DNA from: Octopus vulgaris | Taxonomy: Eukaryota | NCBI GenBank assembly: GCA_951406725.2 | Contig: OX597824.1 | Coordinates: 38,068,001 to 38,132,000, forward strand | Length of the DNA: 64,000 bases | Reading direction: 5' to 3' | Part shown: positions 40,442 through 52,740 of the stretch, in pieces | Layout of the letters: each line of letters opens with the position of its first letter | How positions within the stretch are numbered: position 1 is the first letter of the stretch | Notes under the pieces: model-generated | Databases searched by the model: none | What the model was told of the DNA's origin: nothing | The model's input: only the letters and a program-made list of their open reading frames with translations | Program-made: the position numbers and the translations under genes

Positions 40442-40974
40442 GTAGGTACTTCATTGCTTTGTAAAGAAGTAAATAGTAGAGGCACGTATTGTCTGTGAAA
40501 GTGGTTGATTACCATTAGTTCATTCATTAGGATTAAATTAATTCTAATGTTTTTAAGTAGTTGTCACTAAGAGCAATTCTCTGAAGATGATGATTAGCTG
40601 TGTATAAGTATAATGAGCATAAATTTTTAAGTGATTGATTTTTAACTTGCAAATAATATTAATCCTTAATATTACAATCTTTTAGTATTATGATATAATA
40701 ATATTAATCCTTTAATATTATAAAAATAATATTAATATTGTTATAACCAAAAATAGAATATTAGTTCATCTGTCGTTATCAATGATGACAAAGAGCATCA
40801 TATAGAAGGCAGGTCATGATATGTCCAGTTATGGCCAATCAAGTTGGGCACTAGTAGTCTGTTGGGACTGAAGGCAAAGAGTTGGCTCTGGACTTGCATA
40901 ATATATAACATTGATCTGTCAATCATTTTAGCACAGGGAAACTTTGCTATTACAACTGCTTCCACTACTTATAA

Positions 40975-41180
40975 TAATGGTTTCAAATTCTAGCACAATG
41001 CTAGCAATTTAGGGAAAGGAGAGATAATTGATTATATTGATCCTAATGCTCAACTGGTACTTATTTTATTGACCCCAAAAAGATGAAAGGCAAAGTCAAC
41101 CTCAGCAGAATTTGAAGATACACAAAATACTGCTAAGTATTTTGCCTGGCATGCTAATGATTCTGCCAGCTTGCTGCCTC
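40975..41180 (-). mobile_element. SINE, 379-550 family
   Basis: CTGGTACTTATTTTATTGACCCCAAAAAGATGAAAGGCAAAGTCAACCTC. Confidence 0.75.
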
Positions 41181-42655
41181 GAAAACTAAGTATTGTATGA
41201 ATATTTTATGTTATTGACTTTTATTAATTTATAGTATAAAATAGGTTACTAATGACTGTTAAGTACTGAGTTGTCTGTTACTTAACACTCAAGTCCTGAT
41301 ATAGCATCTCTTGATCCTATTGGAAATTTTGATGAAAAAGCAGCTAATCCAGTATAAAAATCATAAAAATATATCAGTTGCCTGACTATAGATGAAATTT
41401 TATCATAGAACGTAATAAATATTATGCACATTGTGATTGTGGTATTTAGCTGTTGTTGATTTTTACCTATTTGTTGTGTGCCGTAGTAGTTTAAATTGTG
41501 TTGTTACAATTTCAAAAAATACAATTTGCTACACTTCCCCGTAGTAGTACTTCATTAGGTTAGAACACATAATCTGAGTTAGATTTCATATACCAAATAT
41601 GAAACAAGTTGTGGGGTTGTAGAGAAATGACACCGCAGCATATCACTGTCACCTTCCCAGGTAGTCTGTTGATTACAGGTAAGTGTTTTCACAATTTTAA
41701 ATGATTTGTAAAAGAAATTTTTAAAAAAGGGCTTCCCATATATTTATATAAGAGTTATAAACAATATAGTTAGTGATCGTAGTTTTAAAGTGCAGCAAAG
41801 CATCTTCTGGCCCTGCATTCAGAAATGTGTGCAAGGCCATGGTGTTCATAGAAGAAAGGAAGAAAAAATCTGGTGCAGTTCATTGCATAAATCACAAAAA
41901 AAATTAATGCATGTGGTGTAAGCATGTAGTCTTTTGAGAGGAAGTCTTTTCTTTCTAAGTGAACATTGCTGGTGTGACAGTGATGGTCATTTACAACTGT
42001 GACATGGTGTCTCAACAAGGGTACAATCATGTGCATGCACGCACAACAGGCTTGTTTCAGTTTCTGTATACTAAATCCATTCTCAAGGCTTTGGTTAGCC
42101 AGCAGGTATACTAGAATAAACTTGTCCAAGGTGCCATGCTGTGAGAGTGAACCCAAGACCACATGGCTTGGTGAACAAGCTTCTCAACCACATAGCAAGC
42201 CTGTGCCTCTTGTATATACATCTAAATTTTTTCATTATATACTTACGGCTTTGTGTGCATGAGAATGCCTATAAATATGTGTGTGTGTGTGTTGGTGCTC
42301 ATAAATGGCATTGTATGCATGCATATATGTGGCAGGGCACCCTATAAATGGCTGATGTACAGACCTGTTTACAAAGGTAATAGCTAAATTCTATGTCTGC
42401 CAAACCAGGACTTGGGCTGTAAAAACATCAAGACAAACAAGTCTGCTATCTTACCCGCAGATCCTGATATATGCCAATCAATGTGGTTATTACATCTTAC
42501 ATCTACCCTCATCCAAGGCCCTTCTACCTCATTTCCAACATTTTTTTCTCAACTATGTATGTATGTATATATATATAAGCATAATTAAAGGATAAAATCA
42601 TTAAAAACTAATGAATGTTACCTTGTAGGTAAAATTCATATATAGATATATAATT

Positions 42656-43295
42656 ATATAGAATATTATAATTAAGGGCACAAGCCACTGTGCCCATATG
42701 CTAGAGAAAGACACCAACTACATCCAACCACTACAAGATTCACTTCAATATATGCAGGTTGAAAGCAGTAAAATTGGACAAACCAAAAATTCATAAAATA
42801 ATTCAGATAATCCTAGATCGATCAATTTCTGGATAAATATAACTCGTCCTTCATCAGTAGAATATACCAAGCGTAGTTAATGAAAATATGTATACATACC
42901 CATATAAATGCACACACATAAACAGAGTACATATAAGTATCCACAAATATATATGAATCGAAGTTCATAGTCCACCTCAACACGTGTACTATTTGGTCAG
43001 AATAGTACAGAAGTAAATAAACTGTCCCAAAATTTGATCCGTATATATTTGTGAATATTTATACATACTCGTATTTATGCATGTGCATTTATATGAGTAT
43101 GTATGCATATTTTTATTTATTATACTTGGTATATTCTACTGATGAAGGAAGAGTTATTATACTTATGCAGAAATTGATCAATATAGGATTTCTTGAATTA
43201 TTTTATGAATTTTTGGTTGGACATATTTGGCATCCTTCTCTAGCATATAAGCACAGTGGCTTCTGTGCCCTTAATTATAATTATATTCTTTATAT
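42656..43295. mobile_element. Palindromic element with a minimal type-I hammerhead motif in each arm (Penelope-like derivative)
   Basis: Arms mirror about ~43000. + arm 43133-43189: ATTCTA-CTGATGA...GAAA-TTGATCAATA-TAGGAT. - arm 42863-42810: ATTCTA-CTGATGA-AGGA...TCCA-GAAA-TTGATCGATC-TAGGAT. Confidence 0.8.
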
Positions 43296-43399
43296 ATATA
43301 TGAGCAATATATGTGTGTGTGGGTATGCCTTATTGTGTATCTGTGTGTCCATCATTTCCCTCCACACTTCTCTTTCTTTTCCCTTTCTCAACACTTATT

Positions 43400-43628
43400 T
43401 CTTTACTGCCCACAAGGGGTTACACACAGAGGGGACAAGCAAGGGCAGACAAATGGATTAAGTCAATTATATTGACCTCGGTGCGTAACTGGTACTTAAT
43501 TTATCGACCCCCAAAAGGATGAAAGGCAAAGTCAACCTCAGCGGAGTTCGAACTCAGAACATAGCGGCAGACAAAATACCGCTAAGCATTTTGCCCAGTG
43601 TGCTAACGTTTCTGCCAGCTTGCCACCT
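43400..43628 (-). mobile_element. SINE, 379-550 family, well preserved
   Basis: CTGGTACTTAATTTATCGACCCCCAAAAGGATGAAAGGCAAAGTCAACCTCAGCGGAGTTCGAACTC. Confidence 0.8.
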
Positions 43629-44342
43629 CAACACTATCCTATCATCTTACCTTCCCTCATTCTCTATTCTGCTATATCCCCTTCCTTGCCCATCATATGC
43701 ATGAATGGAGTGTATAACAGAATGCAGAAAACATGTTCTATGTTTTTCAGCTAATACCATGTGAGTTAATCAGTTTGCATAATAACACCGGTCAGCTTCC
43801 ACAAAAGTGCCAATTAGCTTATGGAAACACTTGTATGTTATATAAAGTTTTAAAATGCCAATTATATTTTCTGCATTTCTTATATATACATACATATGTA
43901 ATAATTTCATTCAAATATTAACCTTGGAGATTACCCTAGTAAGCTAATCCATGGGGTACAGACTATCAGATAAGGCAGTAATCTGAAGATTGTTCTATCA
44001 AACATGTTTGAAAGTTTACAAATATTTGCAGAGCCTTTACAATTACAAACAAGAACAACAGAGTGAACAAGTCTTTTTACTACAACAATTTACAATTGTT
44101 TCATTAAAATTTGGTCTCATCAATATTACTACATTATGCAATAATGTGTGCAGCTAGTGATTCTTGTGATGTCATTGAATTATCAAGGATTTATGCATGT
44201 CTGAAGTTGGGCATGTTTACATGATTACATTTACATATTACAAAACAAAACAAACCACCAGTTTCAATTTGTATATTTCCATCTACATATATGTATCCAT
44301 ATCATCATTCTCATCATTTAATATCCTCTTTTAATATATATG

Positions 44343-44409
<67 letters not shown>

Positions 44410-44742
44410 GTCGCCTTACTGGCACATATGCCGGTGGCACGTGAAAAACATTCAAGCATGGTCATTGCCAATGCCGCCAGACTGGCTCCCATGCAGGTAG
44501 CATGTAAAAAACACCTTTTGATCATGGTCGTTGCCAGAACTGCCTGACTGGCCCTCATGCCAGTGGCACGTAAAAGCACCTGCTACACTCTCGGAGTGGT
44601 TGGCGTTAGGGCATCAAGCTGTAGAAACTTTGCCAGATCAGATTGGAGCCTGGTGCAGCCTTCTGGCTCACCAGTCCTCACTCAAATTGTCCAACCCATG
44701 CCAGCATGGAAAGCGAATGTTAAACAACAATGATGATGATGA
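44410..44742 (+). mobile_element. RTE-tailed repeat with internal tandem units (GCCRGTGGCACGTAAAAAGCACC-like)
   Basis: Three related units, then the tail ...CCAACCCATGCCAGCATGGAAAGCG...(GAT)n. An inverted homolog lies at 52295-52740. Confidence 0.8.
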
Positions 44743-47700
44743 TATGTGCAGAAAGCTAATTTTTGTTTTACTAGCCCAACTGGCATCTTAATCAATGTGT
44801 ACATTTTAACTACAGTGACTTTCTGAGGAGCTACATAATTTAAAAAAACTAAAATGTGCTGAGTGATCATATTACTAAGTCCAAAATGTGCTGAAGGGTT
44901 ATATCATCCATAAATCTGTTTTGCCATTTTTTCATAACTGTGTTTTTGAACCTCTATTTTTTTGTTTTAAGCTGTGACCAGCTGGTTGTTATCATGGTAG
45001 CAACTTACATATTTCTTTCTTTCTCTTTATTGTAAAGTATTTTTGTGACACTCAGAGTTCCTTGCCAGCCAAGTCATCATTTTGAAATCAATTAATTGTT
45101 GAAATAATCTCTGGGAATTGTCCCCAAACCATTTGCTGATGGACTTCAGACACTGAAGATTCTATATGTGGTATATCTGGCCTCATATCCCATGCAAGTG
45201 TACATTGTTTGGGAGGCAATTATACACCATCTAACTAAAATACTTATATTCTGCTTTTCATCTCAACTTTCATCAGTTAACCTTTTCAATATTGCTGGTT
45301 TTTCTTTTGTTGTTTTGCTTGTGGAAAATATATTAGATACACAACATAACTAGAAGTCTCATCTTTCATTATATACAGTTTTTTTACTAACAGATATAAG
45401 ATCCATACACTCTTTAATTCTTCATAGTTTCCTGTGGTTTCAAATAAAGACACTTAAACTCTCCAGCTGAAGGTTGTTTCATTATTTGATTTTAACAAAT
45501 AGCCACTGTTTTAGGCCTGCTTGAGTATGTGTTGTTATTTTACTCCATTCCAATCAATGTTCTTTCTGAATTCAAATTACAGTACTTAATTTTTAGTGAG
45601 ATGTGTTTGGTTTTCCTTCCTTAATTGTAATTCTCTTTTCTTTGGATACGAAATCAGTCCAAAAATTCCAGTAGTTCTTATATTGATAATCAATGACAGC
45701 TGGAACAACAGCACGGTCAATTTGGACAATGGTTGAAATGCATTTAATCAAACAGAATACACGGGAGACTAACTATTCTATTGAAATGTCATTGTTTATT
45801 TGGCTCATTGAAATAAATGTTCTAGAATTTAGCTTTAAAATGATATTGATTTCTTTGATGCAAAATTGGATGACTTATTCAGTGAATCAACATTGCCATT
45901 TGTATTGTTACAGATGGCTCCAAAGATTGGTGTTGTTGATCCACTAACTTTAAACTAACTCTCACAATCTATTGATTTTGTTTTATCAGTTAGAACTTGT
46001 TCATTTTCTAACACAAAATGGTAGTTGCATAGTTTTCTATGTCGAGCATTTAGAAATTTCTGATAGAAGCATTAGAATTACATGATGGAACAGCAAGACA
46101 AATAGCTGAAAAGTTTAAAAGAAAATAGTGAGGGTGAGTAGTAGCAGTTTAGTTCCAGGCCAGCTCTGCTGGAAAAGACATGTTCAAAGAAATTTCAAAT
46201 GTGATGACATTGTCTTTGACGGTTATGGTAAGGACTGAAGAGAATTTTGATTCTGATTTGAAAATGTTATTTCATCTTAAACTTTTTTAAAATCAAATTT
46301 TGATGAGACTATATTTTTAAACTTAAATTAGGTTTCAAAAACCATAATTCATTTAATTTTCATGACCGATATTTTTCTCTTGCTCCTTTTTACATCTCTA
46401 TCACCTATAAACAAGCATCTTTAATATCTCCACTAACACTGTCAATTTATGAAATAAAAACCTTCTAACCTTTTTTCATATTTCTCTGTAAGGTTTTTGG
46501 CTTTTTTGTATTCTATCCTATTTTCTTTAATACTACCCATCCCCACTGATACCTTTCTTTCCATCCCATCTTCTGCTTCGGCTCTTTCTTCCTGTTTTAT
46601 ACGTTGTCTTGGTGTTCCATGTTGTAATTTTGGTGTTTCTCTTGGTGGTCAGAAGAGGAGTTGGCCTTGTAGCTTCCTTTCAGATTTTGCTGCACCATGT
46701 TATGTTTCCTTGAAGGACCTGTCTCAGGTCTTGTTGGTTTTGAATTGTCTTTGTTGCTTCTATGACTTCATTCTTTTCTAGGTAGTAGGGGTTGTCCCTG
46801 TGCCAACCCATTTTGACCTGAGAAATGATCAGTGGTCCATATCATATTGGGCCCCTATTCTTTGATCTGTCCAGCATGGGAAGCCCTACAAGGACTTTGC
46901 ACTCCGCTAGCATGGCTCTCTGAGTTACTGAGATACATAAGCTATAATATCACAACAAAAACTGGAACTTGTGCTGGCATCCATCTGGTGCCAGTGTAGA
47001 ATACAAAAGTTAAATAATGATTTTATAATAATGTTTCCCACTTTCTTTGACTCAATAACTTTCACGCAGTGTTCTTGCATGTATTATGCATAATATTTTA
47101 AAGTCATCTTTATTAGAAATTCTATGAAATTCATAAATATTCATATTGTGGTTGGACAAACGTCTTCTTTCACACTGAATAATTGTCTTATTTCTTCAAT
47201 AATTATTTCTATTGTGTTATCTTCACAGTTTAGATCACCAGACTTCATTTTGTAAATTCTTATTCTTTAGTTTCAGTTGATATAAAAAAAAAATGCTGAA
47301 AATGCTAAAAGTAAAACATTTATGTTGAACAAGCAGGGAAAGTGTTTAGAGTTTTTTTTAGGGTCATAGACCGGATATGGGATTGAGTGGGCTTAATTAA
47401 TGTAGCAAATTTTAACTTTAATCTCTTGGATGGGAAATTTAGATTACTACTAAGTTCCATATGTAGTTCTGAGATAAAAATGAACTGACTTGCAGTATAA
47501 GAGACTGTGAAGATTGCAAGAGAGTTAAATGAAATAAATAGGTTTGAGTGAGGATTATATACAAACAAGTTAATGTATCATTGTTATTGCAGTAAGAGGA
47601 AAAAAAAAAAAAAAATCTAAAATACTTGAATTTTTCTTCTTCTGTAAGTTACTATAATAAAAGAAAAACACAAAGCAATATGTTGCGCTAGCAAAATTTT

Positions 47701-48137
47701 GCAAGTAATGGCTTCCCAACAAGTCTTTCCTAGAAACTTCCTGCCAAAATCATGTCTGTAGTCCGAAATTAAAACTAAAAAGGGTTAGATTTTATTTAAT
47801 TTTCAATATTTAATTTTGATAGAATTTGAATTGAATATTTTGTGGAGGGCTCAAAAGTACTATTTGCTGACAGGGAAAGCTACCCACAGCATAGAGAAAG
47901 GAAGACTAAAGAAGAGAAGGGAAGAATGTAGTGCCTATCTTTGTATATTCTCCAAGACCTGTGAGCTTGATGCCATTAATGTTTTATTTAAACTTTTGCA
48001 GACCAATATCTGCAGGAAAGAGATTAACAGAGAAGATTCTTGTGGGATGAGGTTATGGAGAGGAAGGATTGGGAAAAGTAGTTATTGCAGGGGTGAGAAA
48101 GGGGATTATACACAACAAAGATAACTAGAGGCAGAGA

Positions 48138-48420
48138 GTGAAGGTACATGGCTTAGTGGTTAGGAGTATTTGGCTCACCTATTGTAAGGTTATGAGTTTG
48201 ATACCAAGGCAGTGTGTGGTGTCCTTGAGCTCAGTTGGCAAAAATGAGTTGTACCAGTGTTCAAAGGGCCAGCCTCATCACATTCTGTGTCACACTGAAT
48301 CTCACTGAGAACTACATTAAGAGTATGCATGTCTGTAGAGTGCTCAGCCACTTACACATTAATTTCTTGAGCAGGCTGTTCCATTGATCAAGTCTACTGG
48401 AATGCTTGTCTTACTGACTT
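48138..48420 (+). mobile_element. tRNA-derived SINE
   Basis: TGGCTTAGTGG and GAGTTTGATACC boxes, homologous to 23510-23798. Confidence 0.75.
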
Positions 48421-48949
48421 AGTGCCAGAAGTGGAGAGATGAGTGGATCAGGAGTATTTGAGTGCAGAAAATGAGACCACCCAACTGTAAGGAGTAGAAG
48501 TCAGTATGGTAGTGATAGAAAAGACAAAATGCATGTAGACCAGAGACTGGAACCTATCTGTTAGTTATTTATTGCCAATCAGTTGATTGACCCTTTTCTG
48601 GGTGTGGTTTAGGTGTGTGTGTGTGGGGGGGGGGGGAGGGGCAGCACCCCACCAGATGTTGGACCAGTACTGCATTGTGGGACTTACTTGAGGCTAGTAA
48701 ACTAACAGCAGTTGTTGGCAGGTGCCCTGCAGAGAACCAGTCTCTGGGAAGCAGTCTAAGCTATGATAAGGATGTGCTTTCACCAGGTGAGATTCTCAGT
48801 AATAATTAAACCCAATATTTAGAATGACCATGAGGGCTATAGCTGTGTGCCACTCACATTTAGTAAAAGTTATGCTGTGATGATGTTTCTTGAAATATAT
48901 AGTGCTTACATATATTTGCTGTTAAAAGACAGTTGGTATGGCACCACAA

Positions 48950-49350
48950 GAGGTTGCTCCCAGGATCTCTTATTTATGAAATCAATGCAGATTTGGCATC
49001 TTGATTGCATTTGGTTGATGATTGGTAGTGAAGGCTAGGAAGGAATCTGCATAAAAGTGGGTGTTATTGGTTGCAATAGTATATAGGCTATTGCTGCATA
49101 GAAGGAAGAAAGTTGGGTCCAAGACCAAAGCCTGGGGCACATCAGAGTTGGTTGAGAGTAGAGCAGAAAGAGTTCTACCAATGTATGCTTGATTGTGTGA
49201 TCTAATAGGAAGAAGCTATTAATCCAAGAGGTGAGAATTGGGCAGAACCTGTATGTGGGAAGTTTTGATGGATTTACATTTCAGACACAGGAAAAAGCTT
49301 TGTTGGTGTTTAGGGTAACAACATTGCTTTCATCAAATTTCTCTAAAGTG
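48950..49350 (-). mobile_element. CR1/L2-like LINE RT relic
   Basis: The - strand TCTGATGTGCCCCAGGCTTTGGTCTTGGACCCA reads SDVPQALVLDP, a degenerate SGVPQGSVLGP. Confidence 0.55.
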
Positions 49351-50000
49351 AGGGCCATAGTTTAGATAGGTTCTGCACACCTATGCTATGCCAGTGTGGA
49401 TAAATGAATGTTAAAATGATATTGATACTTGCTTTTTTTTTTTATTACATTCAAAACTAGAATTCTTTATAGAAATACTATATCAATCCCAAGAAAATAT
49501 CAACATAACTGATACTTCTATTTTATTGACCTGAGAAAAATGAAAGGTGAAGTTCACTAATATTATTCGGACCGAAAACATGGACCACAACAAAAAAGTG
49601 CAAGTTGATGCTATAATGAGTGTACCAACAAACTACCTAAACTTTGAACATGAGAATGATTTGATCTGTAAAAGTGGAGTTTGAAAAGTCACATCTTCGT
49701 ACTCTGTATAGTAGAACAAACTTGTGTGTGTTATGTGTATGTATTTGTGTGTGTCATATTTTTCTCACTACATGGCACACCCATCTGCAACTGTATTTAA
49801 ATTACTTTATCTCTTAGCATTCTCTTTAAATTGTTTTATCTTTTATTACAACTACAATTTCATAAAATTCACTTGTTGCTAAAAGTATAATTTTTTTTAT
49901 TGTTGCTTCTCCTGCATTGGTTGTTAATTTCTTTTGATTAATGCTTGAATCACATATTGATCAAGTGGTTAACAGCCTTGACCTTCTGTCTTATTGAGAC

Positions 50001-50010
50001 TATATAAATA
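50001..50010 (+). promoter_or_regulatory. Candidate TATA box of an internal promoter
   Basis: CTATATAAATAG in unique sequence ~215 nt upstream of AAAATGG and a phase-2 donor. Confidence 0.35.
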
Positions 50011-50190
50011 GCTGAGTTGTGTTGTTGCTGCTGCTGCTGCTACTTTGACATTGTTAAAGTATGGGATAGGCAGTTTGTATCTAGTAACTCCTAGCACTTC
50101 ACTTCATACAGACCTCTGTTTTCCGTTGCTCCTAAACCTAACTTCAAGTTTTGTGCATTTTTGCAACACTGATTTATATAACTTCTACAG

Positions 50191-50235
50191 CTACTTCTAC
50201 CAATTTACTTTTAAAATGGCCAGTCAAAAATCCAG
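50191..50235 (+). CDS. Candidate 45-nt phase-2/2 exon, or coding end of an alternative first exon (ATG 50216: MASQKS-R)
   Basis: Acceptor ACTTCTACAG, in-frame AAAATGG, donor CAG|GTTTGT in phase 2. Confidence 0.45.
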
Positions 50236-52294
50236 GTTTGTTTTTATACTTTCTAAGTTTTTTCTAATCATTTTAATATATTTTGTTCATTTACAATTTT
50301 CAGTTCAACAAATGAAACAAATTTGAAATTCATTTCAGAGGAAATTTTTTAAAACTTCTGTTGTATTTTTGTAATTTATTTTCTTACATACAGATATACT
50401 TCAATCATGAACTGTGTGTAGTTGTGATCTTCATACCCCACCTCCATGTCAGTCAGGTTAATAACTGTTTAACTTATTTTTAGTTGGTATAAAAAAAAAA
50501 ATACTGATAAAATTGCTATGTATCTCCAGCAATTTTAATTGTGAATTTAAAGTGACAATGATGTAGTCTTAAGTAGTTTTCAAAGTTTTAGCTACTTAAA
50601 AATTTCCATGAATCTCATTCCTATCAAAATTTGCAAAGTTTTATTGTTTATCAAAGGTTCTTAATTCATTGTTATTATTCTGGATACCTTATTTTCGTGG
50701 GTGTGGTACAGATATGTCAAAATTAGTAATATTTAATGTCTACTAGGCCAAAACTAAATATTAGTTCTATATTTGTTATCTGGGAAAACTGTGATAACAT
50801 GAGTGAGTTGATAATATTTAACTCGACATATATTTGTCTTCCAAGTCTATTAAAACATTAGTTACGCTATGATTAATCAAACTGTTGAAAGCAATGAGGG
50901 AGTTTGTGCTGTTACTTTTTGGTTGAATCTCAGATAGGCTTTTAAACAGATTATCTTTAACTTAATTACTTTACCTGATGAATATATATACAGCAAATTT
51001 CTGGCCTTTAGTTTTTCTTCAGTCAATATTTTTCATATTGTACTTGGTATATTTTTATTCTCTTAGTAAACAATGAGTTGTTTCTTATTGTCTCTACTGG
51101 AACCAAACTACACTTGTGTAAATGAAAGAACTGTATTTATCCAGTTATATTTTTGTTCACATTTCTTGACTTTTGAGAAGTGATATCAGTGTCTTTATTC
51201 AGTTTCTATTCTCTAAAACGATTAAAACATTCATTGTTGTAGGTGATTTAGCTTCATGTGAAAGAATGTTAAATATTTTCAGTCTCTTGTAATCCTGAAA
51301 ACACGACAGTGGACTAGGATATCACAACTACATATCCATTAACTCTTTTATTTCATTGTTGATTGCACAAACTGTTCAAAATTACTCATATTAACTGAGT
51401 GGACATATAAATATTGAAATTATCCATCTTATTAAAATGCTTTTCTTGCAGCATTATTATTTTTATTTGTATAAAATATTTTTTTTATTTGTCTAAAAGT
51501 GTCAAAATATTTGAGATGAATGTTTGCTTTTTTTTTTTTTAAATTCCTAACAAAATATGTGTAAGTTTTTCTATGCCTCAGTAAGTTACTTTTTTGTTTC
51601 TTAATTAACCTATATTGGATAGGTGACTTTAAATAGACAAGCATTTTTATACTGGATTATTTGAAGAGAAAGTATTGGTTACTAACTAATAATAACTTGT
51701 CAGTTAAGGAAATCTTTAAAAAATTGATTTATCTGGGTTGAAATTATCAAAGTTTGGATAAATAATCAAAGAACATTCAAATCAAATTTTCCTGCATTTT
51801 AGTTTAACTTTAGATCTTTGAATTTTGTAATAGATATCCTCTGCAAAATATTTTCTACTAAAGATCAACAAGAATGTGACTGGGAACTGCTGAGGTTTCC
51901 AGGAGTTCTGACATTTCTGCCAGAGTCCCTTATTAAAGGGGAAGTGGTCAATACAAGTACATATTTTCTATTATTCCAAAATTATTTTTTGCTTCTAGTT
52001 GACTAATTTTAGTCTTTTTAGTACTTGAAAAATAAGATAAAGTGACAAAATTTTTTTTTTAATCTGTTCTCAGCATCTTTAAACCATTACTATTAAGAAC
52101 CTAATTTGTAATTTCTGTATAAATCTAAGCTGTGGGTTGATTATTATTTTTTTTATTTAAAACTTCTTTTCATTTTACACATATATGTAGTATTGTGTAT
52201 ATCTAAACCTTACTACTGCCCCTCTTAACTGCTGCATTTGAAGCTACCAGGATTTCATTGATTCCAATGAAATTCTTAACTTTTTATAAAGATA

Positions 52295-52740
52295 CATCAT
52301 CATCGTTGTTTAACGTCTGCATTTCAATGCTGGCATAGGTTGGACGGTTTGAGTGAGGAGTGGCAAGCCAGAAGGCTGCACCAGGCTCAAATCTGATCTG
52401 GCTAAGTTTATACAGCTGGATGCCTTTCCTAACGCCAACCACTCCAAGAGTGTAGTGGGTGCTTTTATGTGCCACTGGCACAAGGGCAATTCAGGCAGTT
52501 CTGGCAATGACCACGCTCAAAAGGTGTTTTTTATGTGGCACTGACAACGACTATACTCGAATGTTGTTTTCCACATGCCACCGGCACATGTCCCGGTAAG
52601 GTGACACTTGCAATGATCATGCTCGAATGGCACTTTTTACATGCCACCAGCACGGGTGCCAGTCAGCAGCCCCGGCAATGGTCACTCTCAGATGGTGCTT
52701 TTAATGTTCCACTGGCACGAGTGCCAATCAGGTGGTACTG
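52295..52740 (-). mobile_element. RTE-tailed repeat with internal tandem units
   Basis: Reverse-complement homolog of 44410-44742 with more units. Confidence 0.8.

Noticed and set aside
51243-51340. Kelch-like words DLASCER and TRQWT
   Set aside because: They lie in different frames with a stop between them, and there is no donor support.
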